DNA from: Hydrolagus affinis
Taxonomy: Eukaryota
DNA: 64,000 nucleotides
Assembly: GCA_012026655.1 (NCBI GenBank)
Contig: JAAILG010000341.1
Span: 1-64,000, forward strand
Direction: 5' to 3'
Position 1 is the stretch's first letter. Every line of letters starts with the position of its first letter. The position numbers and the translations under genes are program-made. The notes under the pieces are model-generated. The model had not been told where the DNA came from, searched no databases, and was given only the letters and a program-made list of their open reading frames with translations. Shown here one piece after another: positions 12,336 to 25,014 of this stretch.

Positions 12336-15300
12336 ATAACTGATGGTTGCTGCCAAAATGTTCTTTCCCCATCTTCGCTTGGAAATGGTGGCTCGAGCTT
12401 TGGGAGAATTTGGGAATTGGGAGTTCACTGATGCTTCATGTGTGTGGCCTTGCTTCAAGTAGGGGTATTAACAACCATGACTGATTTTGTTTCTTCTCCA
12501 AAGTGTGCATATAGTGGATCTTTACATCAGGAATTAATGGTTACGTATCAGGAGATGGAACCCAGGCTGTAACATTGTTCTATCCTCCAGCCTGTGGGCA
12601 GAGAGATTAATTCTAGCGCCCTTATAACTAACGAGACTGGTTTGGATGATGAAAGCATTGTAGCCCATTTGATCTAATCGTTCCAGAACATGCACTCTAC
12701 CATTCCTCTATGACAGCATCAAGTTTGGGATCCCGGTCTCCACCACTCTACCTGGCAACCTGTTTTAGTTGTTAATTAATCTATGGGTAAAGAAAATCTT
12801 CCTGGTGTCTGTCCTGAAATTGCCCTTCGCAACTCTAAACCATTGTTCTCTTGTTCTACCGCCTTAGTGCATCCGAAAGTATTGTTTGTTGTTTCAGTCT
12901 AGAAAGCTCACCGAGAGTAGTAGAGAAGCACAGAATAGAATCAAATCTGAATCCTTCCTTTTCAATGGAGCTAAATCCTACACTGAAGAAACTCAACTAT
13001 GGAAGGTTTTAAGCAAAATCAGGAATAAATCTACTATGAGAGTTACATAAACAGGATGTTTCAAGGCAAAAACATCTCAACATGTATTCATTTAATACTG
13101 TATTAAAGTCAGCAGGTTAATGTTTGAGGACTGGATTCTTGGAGTGGGTAGAAGAAGCAGAAAGCATATCTGGAAACAATTTATAGTTATATGATGCTTA
13201 TGGAACTGATAGTGTATTAATTTAACCACCGTTACCACCTGATATCAAACTATGCTTTGAAAACCTCAGCCAAGCTTTAATTTCAAACCACTTTACGTAT
13301 CGTTGCATTCAACCTATTCAGTTTTTGACTCGTACCTGTGGAGATTCTAACCACATTCTGATTTTAGCTGGCTCTTTGGAAAACAAACACAGTGGACTCT
13401 CAATTTCCCATCATCATGAAGGAAATCCCCACTGGATAATTTAAATTGTTAAAATGTGTTGTAGAAGCTGTACTCGTACTGGAGGGCTTCATGTGCCGTT
13501 TTCTCTTCTGACTGTTGCCCCTGGACCATGCACCTCAAGGCTGGGGTAGACTTCCAGGTCAAAGTTGCTCTCTGCTGGATACCTTGAATGGCCAGGAGGT
13601 AAATACCACTCCCCCACCTCCCACTTCCTCCTGCACGAGGAAGTACCTGACTCACTCTGCATCTTATGATGATAGAATGATTGACATGGGGTGGTCAGGA
13701 CAACAGAGGTTGAGTTTAACAACACCACGGGGACATGATTTAATATTTCAATGTACTGCTTGCCATTCATTTTTTACTTACAGCATTTCCTTTACATATT
13801 AAGACACTTTACATTGTGTCTATGTTTGAATTCCCTCTCTCTCTCACACACACATACAAGCATACTCTACAGGAGGTATCATACATTATTGCATGGCATA
13901 GAATTGGTCCAAACAAAGTTTGGAAAATTTCAAATATTTGGTAAAACATTTTACTTTTGACATCATTTTGAGAGAGAAAACAGCTAGAATTCTAGCTAGA
14001 TTTGCCTTTAGACAATGCAATCAAATTATTTCTATAAATAAATTCTCTCTGCTCAATGTGCAGTTACTTTGTCGATTTCATGTTTCTGTCTATTTCAGTG
14101 GGATAAATTACAGATGATTTTACAAAACTGGAAGCAGCCATGGAACAAAGACATTTAAAAAAAATCAAAATTACTCAGGATTTCGGTTTGTTTAATGACA
14201 CAACTTTGAAGTTCTGAGAATATGCGAGAAGCCACCAATATAACCTCAGCATCATTCCCAGTACGAAACCACAACTGCTACAATTAGTGCCAACGAACTC
14301 TGACCTGCTCTAAAGATCTTAGCAGAATAAATCACATTGTGCAGCCTAATTGATTCCATGCATCATCAGCAATTGTAGGTGGAAACCAAAAAGCAGGATG
14401 TTTATTAACGAAGGTTCATTAATCAAGATTGACAATGGTTAAAATAGACAAATCTAGAAGGCATAAAATGAAAGGACATAGATATTAAGAATTTGAGGAC
14501 GCTTGGTGGGAGAGAAGCATGCAAAAGAAATGATGCAGCAAAAAAAAGCATTGAGATTGTGAGGGAATCAAGAGAAGCATAAACCAGTGGGCAATATTCC
14601 AATCTATGTTATCAGGCATTACTGAAGATTCTGTGAGTAATTAATTACCATCTAATTTGAACCATAGTACAACAGGATATAGCAGTTAGTTACTGATGCT
14701 TTTTTTCCCTTAGGCTCAACTCATTAGGGTCAGAAGTACAGCAACGATGTTGAAGGTCACTAGATAAATTTAGGACCACTTTTGACGCAGGATTTTTTTT
14801 AACATACACACACATATACACAGGGAAGATCTCTATCACCCTTTTCACTGCCTCTGGCAACTGATAGTTAGGACACTGTGGCAGATGTACAATGGACAAA
14901 GTGATCTTGTGGTGTACATTCTTATTGCTCAGGCAACATTTCTCTCAAATAAGCAGATTTACAAAGAGTGAGCGGTATGCAAGTAAGCCCTTTGCTTTTT
15001 CTGCACAGAAACTCCAAACATCTAAGCAATCCCTCACCCACAAATTAAACAATAGGTTTGTTCCAAGTACCAAACAACTGGTAACTGGTGTTACCATTTG
15101 TTGCATTACATCAAATAAATTGGCTGCTTTGTGTGTTTACATTAAAGAAGGACTGCACCAGTTTTAATTTCAAAACCTTTCGAGGAGTTTGAAGAATCCT
15201 GTAGAAAGGGGATGCTTTATCAGGCATGAATGTTTTTCCTTAAGAACCCCATACTTTGATGGTGAGATTTAAAGAAAGTTAACCCATGACAAAAATCAAA

Positions 15301-16189
15301 CTAACTAAATCACGGGACATAATCTTAGGACAACTGGTCGAATATCACTACAAACATAAAAAGGAAAGTCTCCAGAGGGTTGTGTGAATAGAGAGTCTTT
15401 CTCAGCACATGGACATATGCCCACCAGAACTGGTCCTATTTCGACCAGACGTAGGAAACAAACATTTCACATTTGTACAGATGCTTTTAATTTGGAGTGG
15501 TTTGAATGCAATTTAGATCAAACGTATCCATGTAAATGATTCAGGATTGCTTAATTTGGTGCCTCTCCAGGGTAAAAGTTGAACCACATCAGTAGGTGTG
15601 GGTGTGACGCCCACAATACTGGAGGCACTCCCAAATTCTTATCCTTAGTGATTTGGGGCAGACATCACAGTACATCTGCCCCTATAAAGCCAAAGCGGCG
15701 GTTAAGAGGAATGTGTCGTCTCAGATGCTCCATTTCTATTTGAGAGGTAAACAGAAATACATGAAATCACTCTAAAGTAATGAGTTCAAAGTAGCTTTGT
15801 TGACTTTGTCTCCTTCGATTATTCATACGTAGTGATTTTAGGATACAAAAAAGTGCTGCTTTTGCACTGAGATCAACTGTGAGCATTAAAAAAAGTCACA
15901 CCAGACCTTCATTGAAGAGTCCGAGTCATTCCTAGATGCTTAGCGGGTTATATGTCATTGTGAATCAATGCAGTTATTTCCTGCCTATAAACAACTTCTC
16001 CTAAGAAATGAATAGTGATTAAACAAAATGGGGAATCTTGCCAATATATAACATAGCAAGTTCAATAATCAAACCACTTGAAAGGTGCTATAAAAATGCA
16101 AGTTCTTGTTGAAATTACTTTCTGAATCTTTTATAATATTAATATTGGATAGATTCCAATGATGTCCCAAAACCCTCATATGTGCATTC

Positions 16190-16530
16190 ATAACATCCAG
16201 CAACCTCCTAACCATCTACCAACCTGCCTTCTCCCTCCACTCAGTGGACTCTGGTGTGCTGCATATCCCCCACCTTGCCCGCCCCACCATTGGCAAGTAG
16301 GCCTTCTGCCACCCCGCCTCCTCTAGAACTCCACCTTGCAGTCCCTCCATCTCACCCCCTCCCTTGCCTTCTCAAAACCCTCCTCTTTTGAGCACCCTCC
16401 TTTCCTCCCCATCCTCCACCTTCACCAACGCAGACCTCCAGCTCGGGTCCGAAACACTCACTGTCCAGTACCTTGGGACGTCCTCCGGAGGTGAAATGGA
16501 CTATGCAAATGTAATTTTGTTGTTGTTGTA
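16190..16530 (+). mobile_element. Degraded L2 3' end directly upstream of the larger L2
   Basis: CCTTGGGACGTCCTCC..GTGAAA..GTAATTTTGTTGTTG tail preceded by C-rich ORF2-end similarity. Confidence 0.8.
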
Positions 16531-16570
16531 GATCCACCACATTGAACAATTCATTTTCGTTTTGCCAGTA

Positions 16571-18102
16571 GGCACCGTCCCTACCTCCATTAAAACAGCC
16601 ACCATCACCCTATCCTGAAAAAACCCTCCCTTGATGCGTCGCAGCCATCAAGCTACCGACCCATCTCCAACCTCCCGTTCCTTTCTAAGGTCCTTGAAAG
16701 AGTGGTTGCCTCCCAGCTCCGCTCCTTCCTTTCAACTCACTCACTCCTTGAACCCCTCCAATCAGGTTTCCGCCCTGCTCACAGCACGGAAACTGCCCTG
16801 GTCAAGGTTACAAACGGCATCCTAACTGCCTGCGACCAAGGCTCCCTCTGCCTCCTCGTCCTCCTTGACCTGTCTGGACGTCCTCCCGACGTGAAAGGCG
16901 CTCTATAAATGTAATTTGTTGTTGTTGTTGTTGCTGTGTTCGACGCAGTCGATCACACCATCCTCCTCCAACGTCTTTCCTCCCACCTCAATCTTCAAGG
17001 CACAGTCCTTGACTGGTTCCATTCCTACCTGACCNNNNNNNNNNNNNNNNNNNNNNNNNNNNNNNNNNNNNNNNNNNNNNNNNNNNNNNNNNNNNNNNNN
17101 NNNNNNNNNNNNNNNNNNNNNNNNNNNNNNNNNNACTGTACCTCTCAGCCTCATCCCTCAACCCCCAGACCATCGATGTTCTGACAGCATGTCTGTCCGA
17201 CATCGAGTCCTGGATGAGGGACAACTTCCTCCAATTGAACATGAGCAAGACTGAGGCCCTCCTGATTGGCTCAAGCCAGCGCCTCCGCACATCGGGCGCT
17301 GCCAGCCTCAACATCCAAGGCTGTACTCTCCACCTTACAAAGCCAGTCAGGTTCCTCGGCATCACATTCGACCATAAACTCTCCTTCCTCCCCCAAATCC
17401 GTGCCTTGACCGGCACCGCTTATTTCCACCTGTGCAACATTGCCAGGCTCCGCAACTATCTCACCCCCCACGCTGCCGAAACATTTGTGCACGCATACAT
17501 CACCTCACGGCTGGACTACGGAACTCTCTCCTCATCGGCCTTCCCAGCTCCTCCATTCACAGGCTGCAGGTCATCCAAAACTCTGCAGCCCGTGTACTAT
17601 CCCGCACCCGCCTCTGTGACCACATAACCCCCACCCTCGCCCGTCTCCACTGGCTCCCCATCCCCCAGAGGATCGAATTCAAGATCCTTGTCCTCGTTTT
17701 CAAGGCCTTACACGGCCTTGCCCCGCCCTATCTATCCGATCTACTCTCCACCTATAAGCCCACCCGGACCCTCCGTTCAGCAGGACTTGGTTTGCTCCAA
17801 GCCCCCCGCCCGAACCGCCCCAACATCGGAGGCCGGGCCATCTCCGCTCCCACCCTATGGAATTCCATCCCCCAATCCCTCCGCCTTGTTTCTTCCCTTT
17901 CCTCTTTCAAGGCCGGTTTGAAGACTTCCCTTTTCGACCGTGCCTTCTGTTCACCCCCTAATTTTTCGACCTCCCCCACGTTTTTTACCCCCTCCCGTAC
18001 ACTCCCCTCCCAGCTCGGGTTACACGCTTCCTGTGCAGCGCCTTGGGACGTCCTCCCGACGTGAAAGGCGCTCTATAAGTCTAATTTGTTGTTGTTGTTG
18101 TT
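16571..18102 (+). mobile_element. 5'-truncated L2 (LINE2) retrotransposon with RT ORF2 remnant and (TTG)n tail
   Basis: Translates to [77 protein letters not shown], with frameshifts. Ends GGGACGTCCTCCCGACGTGAAAGGCGCTCTATA..(TTG)n. N gap at 17035-17134 covers the expected YADD region. Confidence 0.95.
17035..17134. other. Assembly gap (100 N)
   Basis: Run of N. Confidence 1.
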
Positions 18103-18780
18103 AGAGAATTAGCTAGTTTTAATGTCAACTGTATTTAGGTGCTGTTGACGCGTACTTTTTTTTAGGGTTAGCCCCAAATCTAATCATACCAACATCTGAA
18201 CTTATAGGATGACATGTTCCTCAAAGTATAACAGCTTTGATGAATAATGATTTCCCAACACTGTGCCCAAGTAGAATAAATTCCTCGCAGTTTTTATTAG
18301 GAAGCACTTCAATAATTCTACATCACACTTATGTTTCCTTTCAAAAGTGTTTTGTCCAGTTTCTTCCTTTCATGAAACTCAATCAGTTCCATGTTCTTCC
18401 AGCACTACCTAGCACCTTACCAAAATGATCATTTAGCAATAATAATAATCCTTGCATTTGATATAGCACTTTTCACATCTTCTAGATATCTCAAAGTGCT
18501 TCACAGAATACATTGTAATGTGAGGCTCTTCACAGAATATATTGTAAAGTGAAGTGACTGTATATTTACTTTCTCCCCCCTTTTTCAAGTCCTGCCTTAA
18601 AACCGTCGTTTTTGACTGTGCTTACAGCCATCTTCTCCCCCATTGCCCAATGTTTAGAAAACATTGGAGTATACAGCACAGAAACAAGCCATTCTGTCCA
18701 ACTGGTCTATACCAGTGTTTACGCTCCACATGGGCCTCCTCCTGCCTCTCCTCAACTGAGCCTACAAGCATAACCTATCT

Positions 18781-19085
18781 GGAGTCCTGTAGCTCAGTGG
18801 TTAGAGCACTCGCCTTTCAACCAAGAGACCTTGTTTCAATTCCAGGAAGGATGAAACCTTGGGCAAGTTTCCTCACTCCACATGCCTAATAATAATCCCT
18901 AAAAAAATAAAATGTTCATTTTGAATCCACAACTGTTTGTGGGACACTGCTGTGTGCAATTGGCCGACACGTTTTGCCCACAAATATATAGTTAATTCAT
19001 TTTACAGTATATTCTGTGAAGTGCTTTGAGACGTCTGAAAGATGTGAAAAGCGCTATATCAAATGCAAGGATTATTATTATTATT
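18781..19085 (+). mobile_element. Full-length tRNA-derived SINE (Deu-like core, L2-type tail, (ATT)n)
   Basis: Head GGAGTCCTGTAGCTCAGTGGTTAGAGCACTCGCC (A box) with degenerate B box; core TGTTTGTGGGACACTGCTGTGTGCAATTGGC; tail GCGCTATATCAAATGCAAGGATTATT. Confidence 0.9.
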
Positions 19086-20640
19086 CTTTGTGGGCGAAAC
19101 TTGGCAGCCAATTGCGCACTGAATGTCCCAGAAACAGTCGTGGATTGAAATTACCAATTTATTATTGTTTTTTTTCAGGGATTATTATCAGGTAAGGAAA
19201 CTTGCCCAAGGTTTCACCCCCTACCTGGAATCAAACCCTTTTGCTTGTAAGGCGAGTGCTCTAACTTCTGATCTATTAGGACTCCACAATGATCCATATA
19301 ATAACTGATATATTAAGGTGACATATTTCAGCCTACACTTGTTTGCATTGCAGATAAGCATTCGCTATTGTGGTTCCGGACAGTAAGAATAAGTGCTCAA
19401 CCAGTTTATTTCAAATCTAGTACTGGTACAATTTTGAGATCTTGAGGCTTAGCAACTACTGAGAACTTCAAACCTGAAAGTTTGTGGCTGGTGCTTCTGT
19501 TCTGATCTGTCAAATGAATCAATTTCCTAAGAAACCATTTATAGACCATATGCAAAGATGGCTCCAAACTTTGCAAAAGGTCTTCTAATGGCTGTTAACC
19601 TAAATCAAATTAGTGCGCTGAGATTGAACCAGTCTTTTGCATTATGGAAGTTAATTGCAACAAGAAAACTGTTGCAATTTTTACAGACTTAAAAACAGTG
19701 GACATGAAGTAGAAGGGAAGTGAAATAGTGCTTAAGTCTAACACATTTTAGCCGATTTCCTCCAAAGGCAACCTTATCAGCACACCTAATCTTAATTGCG
19801 TGTCACCACTTTTTAGGTCTAATAGTGTTGAAACATGAAACATGAGAGACTGCAAGTGTATTAGAAAACAGCGATAAAGTAAAGATTGTGGCAAAGGAAG
19901 TTTGAGAAGTGAAGAATTAACTATCTATCTGCTTTGCATAGTACAAGGAGGAACTGATTTTTATCATCAACCCGATGACTTCTAAATAACACCTTGTGTG
20001 TTTTGAAAGGTTTCAAGGATAGACTATACAAAGAAACGGATGTTGAAATGAGTGTGATCATATCTGAATGCTTCCACTCATCAAAAACCTTTAACCTATA
20101 GTTTGCCCACCTACACTCCTAATTGGACAACTACAAGGGCTCTATCTGTAAAGGAAATTGAGTGATTAAAGTCTAATTAATGATACGTATATGGCTTGAG
20201 ACCACCACTTTGATGGCTTTTCAAGATTATGAGAAACTATCGATGGAGACAATTACTGGCATGGTCATATATCTGTAGTTATGATGTTAAAAAAATACCT
20301 CTAGTCACATGCACATTTCTTTTAATGCCAACCTTTAAGTTTCACAAAATACCAAATTCCTAACTGCCATATATCTGTCCCCCACAATGCTACCTAGACT
20401 GTTTAGTTTTAGTTCGCTCCACACTTTGAACTATTTACTTAGAGCCAGGACACAAAACTCATTAAAAAAAAGATGGATGGAAAAGGGTAGAATTGGTAAA
20501 TTGGTATCCTGGATGGATTCGATTAAATGGATTGGAAATGCCTTATTCATTGGAACCTCTCTTATCTTGTAGTAAGTACAAAGTCTTGTATGTCTCTGAA
20601 TATTTGACATTACCTACTGCAAATGCATAATTATATATGT

Positions 20641-20947
20641 GGAGTACTGTAGCTCAGTGATTAGAGCACTCTACTTACAAGCGTGAGACCTGTGTTCGAT
20701 TCCACGCAAGGCAAAACTTTGGGCAAGTTTCCTTACTCCACATGCCTAATAATAATCCCTCAAAAAAAAACAATAAATAAATAAATTGGTCATTTCAATC
20801 CATGACTGTATGTGGGACACTACTGTGCACAATTGGCTGCCGCGTTTAGCCCACAAATATACAATCAAATCACTTTACAGTGTATTCTGTGAAGCACTTT
20901 GAGACGAAAAATGCTATATAAAATGCAAGGATTAGTATTATTATTAT
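20641..20947 (+). mobile_element. Full-length tRNA-derived SINE, short subfamily
   Basis: A box TAGCTCAGTGA, B box GTTCGATTCC, same core and tail. Confidence 0.9.
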
Positions 20948-22163
20948 ATCATGGGTACAGCATGATTGCGCATATAATGTTTCTCTTTTCAAAAATTCTT
21001 CTTTTATAATAATCCCTTCCAAAATAATAATAATAACTTAGTCACTCAATCCACAAACTATTTGCGGGATACTGCTGTGCGTGATTGGCTGCCACTTATT
21101 GCCCATAATAATATACACTCAATCCACTTTACAGTATATCCTGCAAAGTACCTTTGAGACATTTCAAGGATGCATTGAGGCACTATATCAAATGCAAGGA
21201 TTATTATTATTATATTATATTTTACACTACCAATGTTTTCACCTATCTAGATCAAAAAAGCACCTATGATATTAATCAGAAACCACTTAAACATCCTCCC
21301 AACATGAAAAGGCACTTTACAAATGTAATTTTGTTGTTGTTGTCATTGTTTTTTGTGGTTGTTGTAAACATGCTGCTTTACATGCAATTTATCCTGTTTG
21401 CATTAAGTAGTAACAATCCTGTCCACTGATTCCTTGGATTTTTCTTAGAGATCAGTGCTTATTAGGAAATTCTAAAGCTTTATACAATATCAAAGTTAAT
21501 TTCTAATAATCATTCTGGCCTATTGTTTCTACTTTGCTCAAAGATTTTCTGTACAAACCGACTGTTTTGTACAATAACAAGCAGGTGCTCAGAGCTTCCT
21601 GTCAAGGACCACTGCAACAACTGCAGTAGTGAACAGAAGGAGGAAAATTTAACAACCATTAACTTAGAGCATCAGTTGAATAAATAATAATAATACTAAT
21701 AATCCTTGCATTTAATACAACTTCTTATCACGTCCTTGAGGCGTCTCAAAGCGCTTCACTGGATATATTGTAAAGTGAATTGTTTGTATATTTTGTGGGC
21801 GAACAGTGTCAAGCCGATGTAGCAACCCAGCTAATCAACACTGAAGATGCCAATTTAATAGGTTGAAAATATGCTTCCTGATGGATATTGTAAGCAAGTG
21901 ATAGTTTTATTGCAAAGTTGTTGATCTCGAATATCTTCTGATGCACGTTTCAGCTTTGCATTTTCTAATGCAAACAACATCACAATAATAGAAAACATAG
22001 TGCGATCCTGGCCACAGCAATCCTCCAGATAAATTGAGATCTGCTGTGCGCAAATTGGCTGCAGTGTTTGCCTACAAATACACAATTACCACACCATAAG
22101 CACTTTGAGATGTTTCACTGTTACAGGCTTTGGTGGTTCTTAAAAGAACTTACATAACGACAG

Positions 22164-22652
22164 AACAAAAATGCAAAATACTGCAGATGCTAGAAATCTG
22201 AAACAAAAACAGAAATCACTGGGAATACTCAGCAGGTCAGGCAGCATCTATGGAGAAAGGAAACGTGAATCAATGTTTTGAGTCTACGACCCCTCATCAG
22301 ACTGGGGCATGTTGAGAGGGAGAGGCATTTGAGGAATAACAGAAAGGGAGAGGCTGGGCAAGGAAGACAAAGGAGAAAATGGTTTAGAGGACAGGAGATG
22401 ATGGGTTAAAGAGGTGTTAATGTTGTGAATCAAAAGGTGGGGATTGCACCAAAATGGAGAGAAGAGGTGGTAATAATGTTAAACATAGAGGGGGTGAAAT
22501 TGCAAAAGAGCAGGCAGACCAGATGGTCAAAGAAGAGGGGGAGCGGGAAGGGGTAATCTTCTCTCCAGTTTTGTGGCCCCGAAATGTTGACCCACTTTTC
22601 CTTTCTCCATAGATGCTGCCTGACCTCCTGAGTGTTCCCAGTGATTTCTGTT
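22164..22652. mobile_element. Second Penelope-like fragment with inverted terminal portion
   Basis: 22164-22300 matches 36350-36485; 22570-22652 is its inverted partial copy; purine-rich spacer between. Confidence 0.7.
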
Positions 22653-23610
22653 ACATGAAGCCAGCTTCAAAATTGAGGCTGTACTTAAGAAGTTGACAAA
22701 TTCTGCATGTTCTGCATGTTCTGTGTTCTTACATATGTAGACCCGGGTGAAATTTGTCCTGTGAGCACACTCGCCAGTAATGTTGAAAACAATCACTGAG
22801 AAACAAGGCAAGCAGAAGTTGTCAAATTTGTTTTTGCCTCAAGCTTGGCTTTTATAAAGCATGAAAATGAGGAGACTGAAAGGTTCTGCAGATTATGTGT
22901 GGACTTAGGTTCAAAATAAAACTACTTTGTTGTGGATAAAACTGCTAAAATCATTAGATAAAGAAAGATAATGTTAAAAGGATATTACATGACTTCTCAT
23001 AAGGTTTTGCTATTTAATTGCGTACTGTAGCAGAAGTGCCTCAAAAAAGCAACAAAAATAATTGTGTTTGTTTGCTTTTGAAAGTAATCATAGAATATTT
23101 GATCTCTGATTTCAAAGTTAATCGGTGGCTTGCAGTAATTACTGCTGCTCCTTTGGAACCACAGACTTGCTCATTCCTGTATCTCTCCTGACAAAACAAC
23201 TCCACTATTTCCTGAGTAAAGTACCATCTGAGTAACACGGGAGCGAGCAAGCTCAGTTACAAAACCCTTGCTGTTTTATCATCTTCTAAAATGCAATCGA
23301 AGCTTAATATCACAATAATTCTTGCATTTGATGTAGCCCCGTATCACGCGTTGAGATGTCTCAAATGCTTCACAGGATATAAGGTAGTCCCCGCTTACCG
23401 AACGCCCTGTTAACGAAACTTCACTATAACGAGGGTTTCTATTTGTACCCCCCTATGTGCTTAGCTAAGGCTGCGCTCGCTATAACGAAAGTTTAAATCT
23501 CGCACGCTTCTTGTCTCCCGGCAGCCTCCATGACACAAGCGCACATACATACACACACTTACTTCAGCGCCAACTAATCCAAGAGAAAGCGCTGCGGTAT
23601 GGGAGGAGCT

Positions 23611-23782
23611 NNNNNNNNNNNNNNNNNNNNNNNNNNNNNNNNNNNNNNNNNNNNNNNNNNNNNNNNNNNNNNNNNNNNNNNNNNNNNNNNNNNNNNNNNN
23701 NNNNNNNNNNNNNNNNNNNNNNNNNNNNNNNNNNNNNNNNNNNNNNNNNNNNNNNNNNNNNNNNNNNNNNNNNNNNNNNNNN
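23611..23782. other. Assembly gap
   Basis: Run of N. Confidence 1.
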
Positions 23783-23950
23783 CTGTCTCGGTCGCGCTCT
23801 CTCTTTCTCTCTCTCTGTCTCTCTCGGTGTCTCTCTCTCTTGCTGTGTCTCTTTCTCTCTCTCTGTTTGAGTCTCTGGCTGTCACAATCTCACTCACAGT
23901 CTCTCTCTGCCTCTCTCTGTCTCAATCTCTTTCTCTTTAACTCTCTCTCC
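23783..23950. repeat. Degenerate (CT)n tract
   Basis: Direct read; adjacent to an N gap. Confidence 0.95.
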
Positions 23951-24654
23951 CCGCCTTCAATAGCATTGCTACCTACCTTATACTGTTGCTGATACACTGT
24001 AAATGTTAGCGTTAGGCGCTAGGCTAGGCGCAAGGCATTACTGGGAACGATTTTTTTCATATACGGAAACACAGTAGGGATCTCCCTCCCGCCCGCTTAA
24101 CGTCATTTTCGCTTAACGAGGAGTTTTGAAATCCCTAACCCCTTCGTTAAGTGGGGGATACCTGTATTGTGGAATTTTGTAGGCGAAATGAAGCAGCAAA
24201 TTTGTGTATAGCGATGCACCAAATGCAGATCAAACCACCGTCAGACTCCTCCACTGTGAAGTGATACTACCTTGCGTGAAGGGCGCTATAAAAATGCAAG
24301 TTGTTGATGGATTCTACAAATGTGGCATCCCAGCAGCTACAGACAGGAATCATTATACCATTCTCTCATGACAACAAGGACAATAACAATAATCTTTACA
24401 TTTTATATAGCTCCTTATCAAGTCTTTGATACATCTCAAAGCGCTTCACAGAATATACTGTAGAGTGAATTGACCGTATATTTTTTGTGGGGGAAACGCG
24501 GCAACCAATTGCGCACAGCAGTGTCCCACAAAAAGTCGTGAATTCAATCACTTTGTTGCGGATAAAAGTGTGCTAAAATCATTAGATAAAGAAAGGTAAT
24601 GTTAAAATGATCTTACACCATATTGGGTAATGTTTTACTATTTAATCGCTTACT

Positions 24655-24850
24655 AATGTCCTCCAAACAGCCATGAAGTGAATGACCAATTTTTATCTGA
24701 GGGATTGTTGGCCAGGGCACAGATGAAAAATTCCTCTCTTTTTGAATAATGCCCTGGTAGGCAGAGAGGGCCTAGGTTTAATGTCTCATTTGAAGGGCAG
24801 CACCTCCAACAACTCAACGCTCCCCAAGCACTGCACTGGGCTCTCAGCCC
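24655..24850 (-). mobile_element. Older DeuSINE fragment about 60 nt downstream of the exon donor
   Basis: Minus strand GGAGGTGCTGCCCTTCAAATGAGACATTAAACCTAGGCCC..CCTGGCCAACAATCCCTCA. Confidence 0.7.
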
Positions 24851-24908
24851 ATAGTTAACTGGAAGAAAACAACACGTTAAAAATACATGAAGATATTTCA
24901 AAGCTTAC

Positions 24909-25014
24909 TTTTGTAGGTGTTTAAAGAGAACCATCATGGTGTCATGATTAGGTTGAGGAAGTTTCGCCACCAGTCTCTTCACCAACTGCATACGTTGACT
25001 GAAATCCTGAATTT
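24909..25014 (-). CDS. ARHGAP15: ARHGAP15 next coding exon (RhoGAP domain), 106 nt, phase 1/2
   Basis: Encodes (K)IQDFSQRMQLVKRLVAKLPQPNHDTMMVLFKHLQ(K), matching the KLPxPNxDTMxxLFxHL RhoGAP motif. Acceptor tttttctcccacag|AA, donor CAAAA|gtaagc. Joins in frame to the 61891-62025 exon (A|AA = Lys). Confidence 0.93.

Larger units (their letters stand above)
23381..24164. mobile_element. Tigger/pogo-like (Tc1/mariner superfamily) non-autonomous element inserted into a SINE tail
   Basis: Imperfect TIRs AAGGTAGTCCCCGCTTACCGAA and TTCGTTAAGTGGGGGATACCTG with TA at both ends; subterminal TAACGA repeats; interior has an N gap and a (CT)n tract. Confidence 0.8.

Noticed and set aside
17432-18064. 210-aa ORF, the longest in the window
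   Set aside because: Frameshifted C-terminus of L2 ORF2, not a host gene.
18781-18845. tRNA-like sequences (also at 20641, 36850, 39950, 54160, 54870)
   Set aside because: They are SINE heads attached to SINE bodies, with no intact cloverleaf or acceptor stem.
23511-23940. ORFs with RE/SL repeats
   Set aside because: Artefacts of an N gap and a (CT)n tract.
1-24908. Terminal ARHGAP15 exon (expected NLM..GIVFGPTL)
   Set aside because: Not found by eye. The LFGPIL-like hit near 13900 lacks the surrounding motif, so the exon probably lies beyond the window start.
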